Shown one piece after another: positions 53,488 to 64,000 of a DNA stretch of 64,000 bases. This DNA is from Octopus vulgaris (lineage: Eukaryota), in the NCBI GenBank assembly GCA_951406725.2, contig OX597816.1, forward strand, positions 148,366,001 to 148,430,000, given 5' to 3'. Both the position numbers and the translations under genes were made by a program. The first letter of the stretch is position 1, and each line of letters opens with the position of its first letter. Below the pieces are notes generated by a model. The model worked only from the letters and a program-made list of their open reading frames with translations, did no database searches and was not told the DNA's origin.

Positions 53488-53829
53488 TTATTAGAGATAA
53501 AACCACTATTAGGCAAATCATACAATGAAAAACTTAAGCTAATACATAAGATAATTAATTTATATTATTTAAAATATATATCAAAATTATTAAAAAAAGA
53601 TAATATCTTTTTTTAATAATTTTGATATATATATTTGATATCTATATATATATATTAAATAATATAAATTAATTATCTTATGTATTGGCTTAAGTTTTTC
53701 ATTGTATGATTTGCCTAATAGTGGTTTTATCTCTAATTTAATATAATATAATATTTTACTATAAAATTAGATTCAATCCTAAATCTGATTTTTCCCTGTA
53801 AGTTTGGATTTATTCCATAATATTTTATT

Positions 53830-53830
<1 letters not shown>
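53482..53830 (+). mobile_element. Fold-back mini-element (~120-bp arms) related to 31331-31690
   Basis: Arms 53482-53602 / 53605-53742 with a small insertion; shared aaaaccactatt and tail aatcctaaatctgatttttccctgta. Confidence 0.75.
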
Positions 53831-53874
<44 letters not shown>

Positions 53875-53899
53875 TATTATATATATATACATGGCCCAA

Positions 53900-54560
53900 T
53901 AAAATTATCAACCTTCTAGCTGCAGACAACACTCACATCCTGAATGACCTACATTTTCCTCGCTGCTGGATCGGGATCCAATAACAACAGAAGACATCTC
54001 AAGAAAGGCATCACATCACATTGAACAACCATGTGTGACTATATAACTACTTTCTGAAAAGTTTATCAACAATGTAAAGAGTGAGAAATCACGAAAATTC
54101 CCAAGTTCTGACAACACCCTCTTTTGGATTACAGAAACATGGAATAAAACTTCTCAAAAATCAAGCTTTTTAATCTGACAATGAAGATGCGAAAATAACA
54201 CCGAATCCCAAACTAATTTATATAAGATAGAAAATTTTGAGGGAATTATTGTGGAATAACATTGTTCCTCATCGCAGGGGAAATATCTCTAAGAATTCTT
54301 CTAAACCATCTCCAGACCTTCGTGGAAGCAATTTCTTTCCGAATCGCAATACGGCCTTTGTGTCCTTTGCAACACAATCAACACGTTTATCCGCACAACT
54401 ATGAGAGAAAAGCGGTAAACAACGGAAATCACACTCCATTACATTCTACGTCATCGAAAGAGCTTTTGACAGAGTTTCAAGAAATGTCATAAGAATGCTT
54501 CTTCAACATTTTGAATGCCTAAGCAACTTCTACTCATTGATAGAAACACCGATGGTATTG
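53900..54560 (+). mobile_element. Decayed RTE-clade RT
   Basis: NYCGITLFLIAGEISLRILLNHL, RAFDRVSR. Confidence 0.6.
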
Positions 54561-54650
54561 TCAAGTTGTTTTTCTTTCCGTTAAAACATTTATTATGTAT
54601 AGTTCCTAATTACAGATATGTGTCTGTGTGTGCACGCGTGTGCGATTGTG

Positions 54651-54713
<63 letters not shown>

Positions 54714-56378
54714 ATATATACATATATACATACATACACACATATGCTATGACTTAAGCTATTCTTCTATTTAGGTATCTATCCATATAACCATTTGTTT
54801 ATCTATCAATCTATCTAACAAAACCCACCTTCATATTTCCTTTCACACTGGATTTTTTTTTTTTTTTTTTGCATCTCTTTAACAATTAATTGCGAATTTG
54901 TATTAGCCGAATAATTGTTGCATCTTAATTAATCAGCTTTGCCTTTAATCAGTATCAGTTAGATGAATGGCTAAACGGAGTGTATGTATAGAATGAAGGA
55001 TAGATGAATGGATAGATGACAAAATGTTTCTTAAAGAAAGCAACATAAAAAAACGATTATTAATTATCTTTCTGTTACAATGAAAAAGCAATTAAATTAT
55101 TTGAATTAAGATGAATTTAGACCAGAAATATTCTTCCGATTTAACTCCATTTACATATTCACTACGTTTCTTTTTATATTTTTTATTAATATAAATTGAT
55201 TGATTTAAATGTCTTTAAAATAATCTTCGTGAAATAGATTTTGAAATTATCTCTTTGAATGTTTTCAAATGACTTCTTTCATTTTATTTCGAGTTTTTAG
55301 TTTTTCTTCGTGTGATTGCTTTGCCTTTAAAATGAGTTATAAGTATTTTGTTTTTATTTCCTCCTTAACGAATTGAGAAGTTTATCATTCTTTGCATTGC
55401 AGCCTTTTGTCAATGACTAGGATATTTAATTCTCACTGGTCCACGCTACTTAGCTATAGCTGCCTAATTAACTGATATGACACTGGAAGCCACTACTGTT
55501 GGTTGCAATTCAACGTCTTTTCAAGTACAGTGTATACTTGATTAATTCTAATCCAATACCTTTATCTAATTACGAAAGGAAGTTATATGAAAATGGGTTC
55601 TAAATAGATTTAAGCACAAAATTAAACATCACATGTCCGTCCAAAATGAGGCAGAATACTTTGGATAATGCCTCAGAGGACGCGTTGGTGAAGGTTGGAA
55701 AGCACGTTGTCATTGGTCAGCTTAATCAGTGTCTGGGGCTAAACAACAAACAATAACACTTCAAATTTCACCACGCAAAATTCATTTCCCCCTTTCTTGT
55801 TGTATGTATTTCACAACAGATAACATTCAGTCTGTATATATGTGTAGGTATCTGTGTGTTGTGTTGTGTTGTGTGTGTGTGGTGTGTGCGTTTGTGAGTA
55901 TGTGTGTGTCTTGCATATGTGTATGAACGTGTTTGTCTGTGGTCACATGGTGAAGACGTTTGCTTCGTAATCAAGAGGTCCTGGATTCGATCCTATTGCG
56001 GGAGACATCTTCGAGCGAACAATACCTTGAATAAAATTAAGATGATTTTCTTTCTTTTTTTAATAATGAACAACAAGCAAATGTACAGAAATACTCAATA
56101 GAGTTGTGTGTAACTGTGTCTGAAAACTGTTATTATGTATAGTCCTGTCATGGGACTTAGGAAATCAAGAAATAGAGACCAAGAAAATATATGCCTTATT
56201 AAGGACTGCAGTCCACATAATGAACAGAATAGTTGATAATAATTCCTGGGAATGTCCAACGACTGAAACTGGTTAAAGAAATTGTACATATGTGAATGTG
56301 TACATATCCGCGTATGTGCAGAAACTCACGCACAGAAACCAACGTATACAAGCACAAACATATAAAGCAACATATAGT

Positions 56379-56409
<31 letters not shown>

Positions 56410-56423
56410 TACATATACATACA

Positions 56424-56454
<31 letters not shown>

Positions 56455-56469
56455 GTATGTATGTATGTA

Positions 56470-56603
56470 TGTTTCCGACGAAGAGCTCCGCTCGAAACGT
56501 TAAACCCTCCTTCTTTCCTTCTTTCCTGAGCGTCCAATAATACTATATTTGTTCCACGTCCTCACGTTGTTGTGTTTTTTTGTGCTTTCTTGTTTGGATT
56601 AAC
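56470..56603 (+). mobile_element. pLTR-like mini-element with hammerhead (56471-56505)
   Basis: GTTT-CcGACGA-a-GAGC(tcc)GCTC-GAAA-CG-TT-AAAC; sister of 34490-34671. Confidence 0.7.
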
Positions 56604-57421
56604 TTTACATACATATATATACATATGCATTTGAGAGGTCGTCATAGAGAAAAATATACTCAACGCGTTCAAGCATTCTGAAGTGAGTTGCAATAAGGAA
56701 GCACAATTGAAACGAAGAACAAGAAACCGCAAATAGATATCAACAGCCTCTTCACATTTGTTCATCTAAACCTGCTCCTCACGAATGCCATTGAAGAAGA
56801 CCTGAACCAAATTAAGCAAAATATAGACAGTATACAAGGGTGTGTGAATGTTTGTGCTCATGTTTGTGTGTGCGTGTGTATTTGCGTGTCTGTGTGCGTG
56901 AATGTATGTGTGTGTACGTGTGTGTGTGTTTGTGTACATATTTTATATAGTACTGCGAAAATAATATATCATTTTAGAAGTAAAAGTTTCGTAGTTTCGA
57001 AGTCCTTTTTCTTACACAGTTTTAATTGTTTTTTTTATTATTTGCTGCCGAATGTAGCTGCGCCTGGGCGGTGGATTTGAACAATTATAATGTATAAGTA
57101 TGTAGCACGTATATTCTCCGAGCTGCATGAATATGCATTAATCTTAGCGCCCTTACGGATGGCAAATTAATTTATTTATACATTAATGCAGAAACTCCAG
57201 TCTAGGGGTAACTATAGAAATATTTTTATTTTTCGTTCCCTTTGAAATTACTCTTATTCGTAGTTTGGGCTTTAACTCCCCCTCCAGCATGTAAGGTTAA
57301 AGGTTACCTCTTTTGTGTATAAATACGTACACTATTTTTATATTTTATATATTAGATATATATTTTATATTATATTACATTAAATAATAGCTATACATTT
57401 CATATTATATATTAGATGTAA

Positions 57422-57561
57422 AGGCGGTGAGGTGGCAGAATCGTTAGCACGCCGAGAGAAATGCTTGGCGGTATTTCGTCTGTCGTTACGTTCTAAGTTC
57501 AAATTCTGCCGAGGTCGACTTTGTGTTTCATTCTTTCGGAGTCGATAAATTAAGTACCAGT
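57422..57561 (+). mobile_element. SINE family A, 3'-truncated
   Basis: Head and core intact to taagtaccagt, then joins the L1/Tx1 fragment. Confidence 0.8.
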
Positions 57562-58690
57562 CTGGACATGTCTTTGAGGCATTTACATCCCCTCCTATTC
57601 CTATCTCTATCAACGTAACATAGATTAGTGTCCAAGGTAGCGTTCCAATCCCCCACTAAAAGTAAAGGTCGAGGCATTCCCAGGAAAACCTCTAGACGTC
57701 GAAAGAAATCCGGCCGACCTGTTAAAGACGGTGCATAAACTGTTATACATACCCATTACTGCCATCTACATCAAAGACGACCAGCCTACCCTTCGAGACT
57801 AGGAATATTGCTGTTACTTTGAGGTCCAGACTCTTCTGAAAAAGCACCGCGGTACCACCTCCGCCCATTCTCGGTAGACACGGAGAAAAATAAATGTCGA
57901 ATTGTCTGCCGAACATGTGCTGGAGGGCCCGCGGATTATGGAGTCAGGTCTCACTGATTGCTATGATATGTACATTCTGTGACTTGATGTCTTTTAGCAG
58001 GTAGCCTTGTTTCCAAGGCGACCTCAAGCCACACACATTTATACAACCTATTCTAATCATGTTTCTAACGAAATTTGTACTTTACTGACGAAAGGAAAAA
58101 GAAAAGAATGTGTGTGAGGGAGAGAAAGTGTCACTTACTGTGCGAAAGTTGGTTGTTCTTCCCCTCACAATCTTCTCTCAGAAGGTTTTTGTATAATTCT
58201 TTTGACAAGTACTTCTGAAACCTTCCTACTGCATCCGGGTAGAGAGATTTCAGCGTGTTTTGTGTTACGTGTATCATTTTTATATGTTGTAGTGGTGTTG
58301 TGCGTGAGCGATTGTTTGTTTTGACATTGTCTTCTGTTATGTTGCCCTTTGACCTAATGTATTGCATTGGGTCTGAATTGTTTGAGTCAACATTGTGGGG
58401 CCATTGCTGTCAACATTGTGGGGCCATTTGGTGTTTGTGTGTTTGTATTGCTGGTGGTAATGTATGTGTGTGTTGTGCACAGGTTGTGTCTTAGAGAGTA
58501 TTGACTCCTTGATTTGATTGATTGCGTGTCTTTTCTTTTCTTTCTCCTTTTCTTCTCCGCTCTGTGGCCATTTGCCATTCTTCTGTATCGCCTTCGTCCT
58601 ACGACATGCCGGAGGAATCAAAAGAAGGGAGAGGAAGGGTATTGAGATCAATTTGTGAGTGTGTTGTTGATGTTGCTATTGTTGGTGTTG
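57562..58690 (-). mobile_element. Tx1/L1-like fragment: probable ORF1 end, spacer and ORF2 APE endonuclease (ATG at 58060)
   Basis: MIRIGCINVCGL...IIAISET*...GGTAVLF...GRLVV...VYAPS...LLVGDWNATLD. Confidence 0.85.
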
Positions 58691-58744
58691 GTGTTCTTTT
58701 CTTTTTCCTTTCGTCAGTAAAGTACAAATTTCGTTAGAAACAAG

Positions 58745-58941
58745 GTGGGCGAGATGCTTAGCGGTATTTCGTCTGCCACTACTATTCAAATTCCGCCGAG
58801 GTTGACTTTGCCTTTCATCCTTTCGGGGTCGATAAATTAAGTACCAGTTACGCACTGGGGTCGATGTAATCGACTTAATCCGTTTGTCTGTCCTTGTTTG
58901 TCCCTTCTGTGTTTAGCCCCTTGTGAGTAGTAAAGAAATAG
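58745..58941 (+). mobile_element. SINE family A with Tx1-like tail
   Basis: Core plus ccttgtttgtcccttctgtgtttagccccttgtgagtagtaaagaaata. Confidence 0.85.
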
Positions 58942-59063
58942 GTGTTGGTTGGTGGTTGTTGGGATGTGCATGGGTTGATGGTGATGGGGGGTTAGTTTTT
59001 TCCTATTTTCTTCTGGGCTGGAGTTTTGTGTTGTTGGTGGCGCTGATGGTGGTCTTGGTTGGT

Positions 59064-59156
<93 letters not shown>

Positions 59157-60283
59157 GGACAGCTAGATGTGTGTGTGCGTGTGGGGGAGCTGAGATAAGT
59201 ACTTGTGAAATAAAATATATGTCGGCAGTGAACCTTTTAGACAATATTTTTTCATACGAAACTCTACATAAGCAGTTTATTTAATTAATAGCTAAGCAGC
59301 AGGCCACTACGCAGATTATGGTCCTATTAAAGCATCAACAATAATTTTCTCAATATACAGATTTTAGAATAATCAGTAGAAGTGGTAACAGCGACTGCAT
59401 GTCTCGAGTTCATTTGAATTACAGAAGCAGAAGAGGCGTACGAACAGAAGAGAACAATATGCTTAAAATAGTGTTACGCTGCGTTGATTTGTAGTGTAAA
59501 CGTTAATCAATATATTTGAAAGAGCAACGTTAGTAGTCGATAGGAGCAAAGCAGGGATGAAAAGAAAAACGTGAGAACTTGTTTGAAAATTTCGAGAAAT
59601 TATTGAATATAGAGAACGAAACGATAGATATAATTGAAAAGACCAATCAGGATTAAAAGGAACTCGAATGACGCTAATTTACAATTTTGCTGACAAGAAA
59701 CAACCACAATATTTCTCTCGGATGACATCTTACCGACTCAAAAGTATAATGTAGTTCTAGATATATAAACATAGGAGATGATCATGGATGGAGTACCTTT
59801 GCTAAACAACAAAAGGCAGAAACGGACAGTATGTGGTAGGTAATGAAACAAGACCCCAGTGCTGTTTATAGATCGCTACCAGCAATCTATAATCGTAAAT
59901 AATCTCAAAAATAGATGTAGAACAAATGAATGTCTGTGGGTTAAATGGAAGCAAGCAAATATTGAAGGCTATGCAAATAATGTTAGATAATGGGACACGA
60001 AGTCGGACAACTGAATAAAACGCCTATGTTTTGTTTTCAAGGCGATGTGCTAATGTTTCGAAGCGCTCATAACACTCATAAATTCTCACTAGCCTAGAAC
60101 ATACAGACGTAAAGAGGTACCAAAGGAAGGAAAGTAAATTCAACTCCTATAATCGCTGGGTCCCGACATTTCCGTTGCGGAACATAACCATACACGCGCC
60201 TGAACGTGCGCACACACTTGTACACACATACACACACATACACATACACACACATATATATACATACACACACACATACACAC

Positions 60284-60416
<133 letters not shown>

Positions 60417-60427
60417 CAGATAGATAA

Positions 60428-61112
60428 GTTTCTTTATTGGCCACACAGGGCTGCACACAGATGGGACAAATTACAAGGTAGAGCTTTTCTTTTGGGGGAT
60501 GAAAAAAACAAAAAACAAAAGAAACAAAAAGAAGTGGCGTAGGTTTTCGATCAAAAGGGATCGTAAAAGGGAAAAAAGAGAGAGAAAAAAAGGGAAAAAA
60601 GGAAAAGAAACAAAAGAAAAGAAAAAGGAAAAAAAAGAAAAAGGAGGAAAAAAGGGGAAGAGGAAAAAAAACGATCAATAGGGATCGTGTATCACAGTGT
60701 CATGATGTACGGTGTAAAGGGGGAAGCAGATAAGGTTTATCCGTGGGAAGAAAAGCCTACGAAAAAGACCACGGTAACCTCGGTCAATATTGTTATATGT
60801 TACCACATTTGTTTGCAAATAGGTAACCCTCTGTTTTCAATTTCTGGGTTCATAGGATTATGCTCAAGGTGGTTTCGTCATTCATACGTGCCATCCTTGC
60901 TACATTCACCCATCTTTTTTAAAACATTCGCTAGACAAAACTTGCCTCTCTACTTTTACTTTCCTTTCCAAGTGGTACTTGAAGAAGTTGATGAAAGATT
61001 GACCAGAGAGGAAAGTGTTTGTCTCCAATCCTTTCAGACGCGTCCACCAGATGCATTCTTTCGCCATAGCCACAAGGATGATGAAAATAGCTCTTCCTTC
61101 CCGTTTGAAGGA
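60428..61112 (-). mobile_element. Tx1/L1-like LINE 3' end inserted in (TATC)n
   Basis: AMAKECIWWTRLKG...FFKYHLERKVKVER ORF2 C-terminus, pyrimidine-rich 3'UTR, AATAAA, GATA repeats on both flanks. Confidence 0.7.
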
Positions 61113-61196
61113 GATAGATAGCTGGATGGATGGATGTATGCGTATATATATATACGTGTTTATATGCATGTATATATATATTTCAAAGTATGCATT

Positions 61197-61259
<63 letters not shown>

Positions 61260-61924
61260 TTGTGTATTTGTGAGTGCGTGTATGTAACTGTTAGACACCA
61301 GTAGAAGCCTGACTGCGTAACGTTAAATGGCTGACGAATTAGCAATGAAGAAGGCGAAGTTTAGTTTAAAGCAAAGATATATTCATACTTAATTGAATGT
61401 ATCTATGACTACATTATTCAATGGAAAATTACTTGCTGTCGACGCAGACTCTCAGCGGATTTCACTGATTCTGGATTTTTACATTATGAGCAGTGAAAAA
61501 AATCTTATACCAGTCAATTTGAACATTGATACAAGCGAAATGAATGGATTATTGCGAGATAGAAATCTTTTAGACATCTAATTTGACAGAACAGCGAGCG
61601 CACGCTCAGCATCACATAATTGGTAACGATGTCAATAAGCAAGCGAAAGCAGTCTGGTTTGAGATCGATCTCTGTTTGTATCAGTGAATTTTAGGGTATT
61701 TCTCTAAGGTGTAAATTGTGTTATAGGGAATCAGGGAGTTTTAGAGTTGGACATTTAGTTGTTTCTTGATAGAATGCGTGGCCCTAATTTGCGTTTCTTA
61801 GTCTCTCAGAGGCGAAAGGTGCAAAAAGAAAAAAGTGTCTCTAGGTAGAGACATATGTGTGATGCTAGCTGGGACGCTTCTTTAATAAAATTCGTAATTA
61901 ATTGGAGTCTACTTGCAATCTTCT

Positions 61925-62070
61925 ATCTCTTACTTGTTTCAATCATTAAACTGCGGCCATGCTTTGAAGAGTTTTTTCTTTAGTCGAATGAATCAACCCT
62001 AGTACTTATTTTTTAAGCCTGGTACTTATTCTATCGTTTTATGTTTGCGGAGGGGAACAAACACAGACAC
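61925..62070 (-). mobile_element. SINE family B, 3' fragment
   Basis: cttgtttcaatcattaaactgcggccatgc...aagcctggtacttattctatcg. Confidence 0.7.
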
Positions 62071-62089
62071 AAAGACGCGCATACAAAGT

Positions 62090-62145
<56 letters not shown>

Positions 62146-62209
62146 CATACATACATACATACATACATACATACATACATAATACATACATACATACATA
62201 TATATATAA

Positions 62210-63360
62210 ATCAATATCTTTTAGAGCTTTATTACATATTAGGGCCATATTCGATCCTATCATTACAATAGATACCAATTTGACGGTTGTCAATTTCCTG
62301 GTTGTATCTTTAGATTTAATTAAGAATATTTACAAACCCTTTAGGAAGCCAAACGTTAGACTTAGATATATTAAGGTAGGTTCCTACCATACCCCCATAG
62401 TATTTAAGAATTTAGTTAAAAACATTAGCAAGAGAATTTCTAGCCTCTCCTCCAATATAAACATTTTTAATAGTGCTGCCCAAATATATAATAAAGTTCT
62501 AAAAGATAGTGGTTTTAGCGAGGAAATAACCTATACACCTGTTATTAGTCCAGTAACAAAGAAAAGGAAAAATAGGAATAGAAAAATTATCTGGTTTACA
62601 CCACCTTACTCACCCGAAGTGACCTTTAATATGGGTAGATATTACATATCACTTATAGATTGGTATTTTCCAATCAATCATAAGTATAGAAAGCTCTTTA
62701 ATAGGCACAACTTAAAAATTAGTTTTAGTTCCACTACTAACTTTAAAAATATAATTGCACACAACACACAAAAACAACAAAATGAAGCCGGCTGTCCCTG
62801 AAGAGTTAAAAATTTGTGTCCGCTAAATGGAGCTTGTATGAAGCACCGTAGACTCTACAACCACTAAGGATATAGTTTCGTCAAAGAAATATGTGGGTCT
62901 CACAGAGTGAAATTTTAAAACCAGGTTCAACAATCACAACTGAAGCTTCAGACACTGGCATAATAGGAAAACAACCAAATTATCCAGTTATATATGGTCC
63001 TTAAAAGAAAGAGGTGTCAACTATAAGATTCACTGGGAGATCTTGGCCAAGTGTAAGCCTTACACCAACGGCAGTGGAAAGTGCGATCTTTGCGATATGG
63101 AAAGATGGCTCACCTGGAAAAGTTCTTTAGACACCGCTACATGTCTAAATTCAAGAACTGAACTTTTTGGGTCATGTCCACGTATGGCAAAACATTTGCT
63201 ACTTTTTTGGACCTCCCCCCCCCCAAGATCACAGATAGAACTTGCTTTTTATATTATGTCCACGTACAAGTTTTTCATATGCATTAAAATCTTATATATT
63301 TCTTATATATATTTTATTGCTTTATATATTTTTGTGTATGTTATTTTTCACCCTTTATAA
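62210..63360 (+). mobile_element. 5'-truncated PLE (RT thumb + GIY-YIG), decayed
   Basis: VVNFL..SLDL...YKPFRKPN, RKIIWFTPPYS, LFNRHNLKISFS, CPLNGAC, YVGLTE*NFKTRFNNH, WEILAKCKPY...CDLC. Confidence 0.88.
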
Positions 63361-63430
63361 TTGTGTAACTTATACGCGTGTAGTATATACCCAATGTGTA
63401 TGTGCGTGCATATATACATGTGTACGAATG

Positions 63431-63472
<42 letters not shown>

Positions 63473-63639
63473 CGCAATACTCTACCTGTTGTACTTGTCT
63501 CCTTCCTTCATACATATGTGTATGTATATATGTTTATATATCTGTAGGTGTAGATGTGTTCGACAGACAGGAGGTTATATTTGTGTATACACATATATAA
63601 CTCATTTGCATATTCAAATTTTGCGGCGAATGTGAGTGT

Positions 63640-63935
63640 TTTACTGTTTATGTTTTTTGCGTATATGTTTTTAAGTGTATATACGTCTATCCGCGTATGT
63701 ATGTGCATGGGCGTATAGACTAACGTTTTGTATATCCGCGTATGTATGTGTATGTGCGTATAGAGATGAGTATATGAACATAATGATGCGTACGTTTTTG
63801 CGTATGTGTTTTTTTTATTTCTATATATTTCTTTCCGCGTATGTATATGCATATGCGTATAAACTACGTTTTGTATATCCAGGCATGTATGTGTGTGTGC
63901 GTGTAGAGATGTATATATGAGCGTAGTGATGCGTG
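63640..63935. repeat. Degenerate ~150-bp tandem duplication / minisatellite
   Basis: tttttgcgtat...ccgcgtatgtat...acgttttgtatatcc...tagagatg.tatatga occurs twice. Confidence 0.6.
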
Positions 63936-64000
63936 CGTGGGTATATAAGCGTGTGCCTGTGCGTGTATGCGTAGACATATATATGTATATATGTGTGTTT

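Noticed and set aside
59300-60090. Purine-rich block resembling decayed coding sequence (also 61320-61600)
   Set aside because: No open frame or motif could be recovered by eye.

Overview
Gene-poor, AT-rich eukaryotic DNA made almost entirely of transposable elements and microsatellites; the SINE families and repeat landscape suggest an octopod cephalopod (inference). No host protein-coding gene is recognisable. Contents: (i) a head-to-tail cluster of R4/Dong-type restriction-like-endonuclease (RLE) LINEs in (TAA)n tracts, one near full-length with a single nonsense codon; (ii) a near-intact Neptune-type Penelope-like element (PLE) whose upstream ORF overlaps the RT frame at a U_UUU_UUA slippery site (candidate -1 frameshift), plus three to four decayed PLEs; (iii) about ten short motifs matching minimal type I hammerhead ribozymes, mostly in small elements next to (TA)n tracts; (iv) Tx1/L1-like pieces, including an apparently complete ORF1-only element; (v) two tRNA-derived SINE families, one sharing its 3' tail with the Tx1-like LINE and inserting at a fixed site inside its own family; (vi) a non-autonomous Helitron carrying an ORF1 fragment, a Helentron/HINE-like element, a decayed Tigger/pogo transposon, mariner, CR1 and RTE remnants. 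Most ORFs in the supplied track are microsatellite or antisense artefacts. All assignments are by eye; no database search was run.
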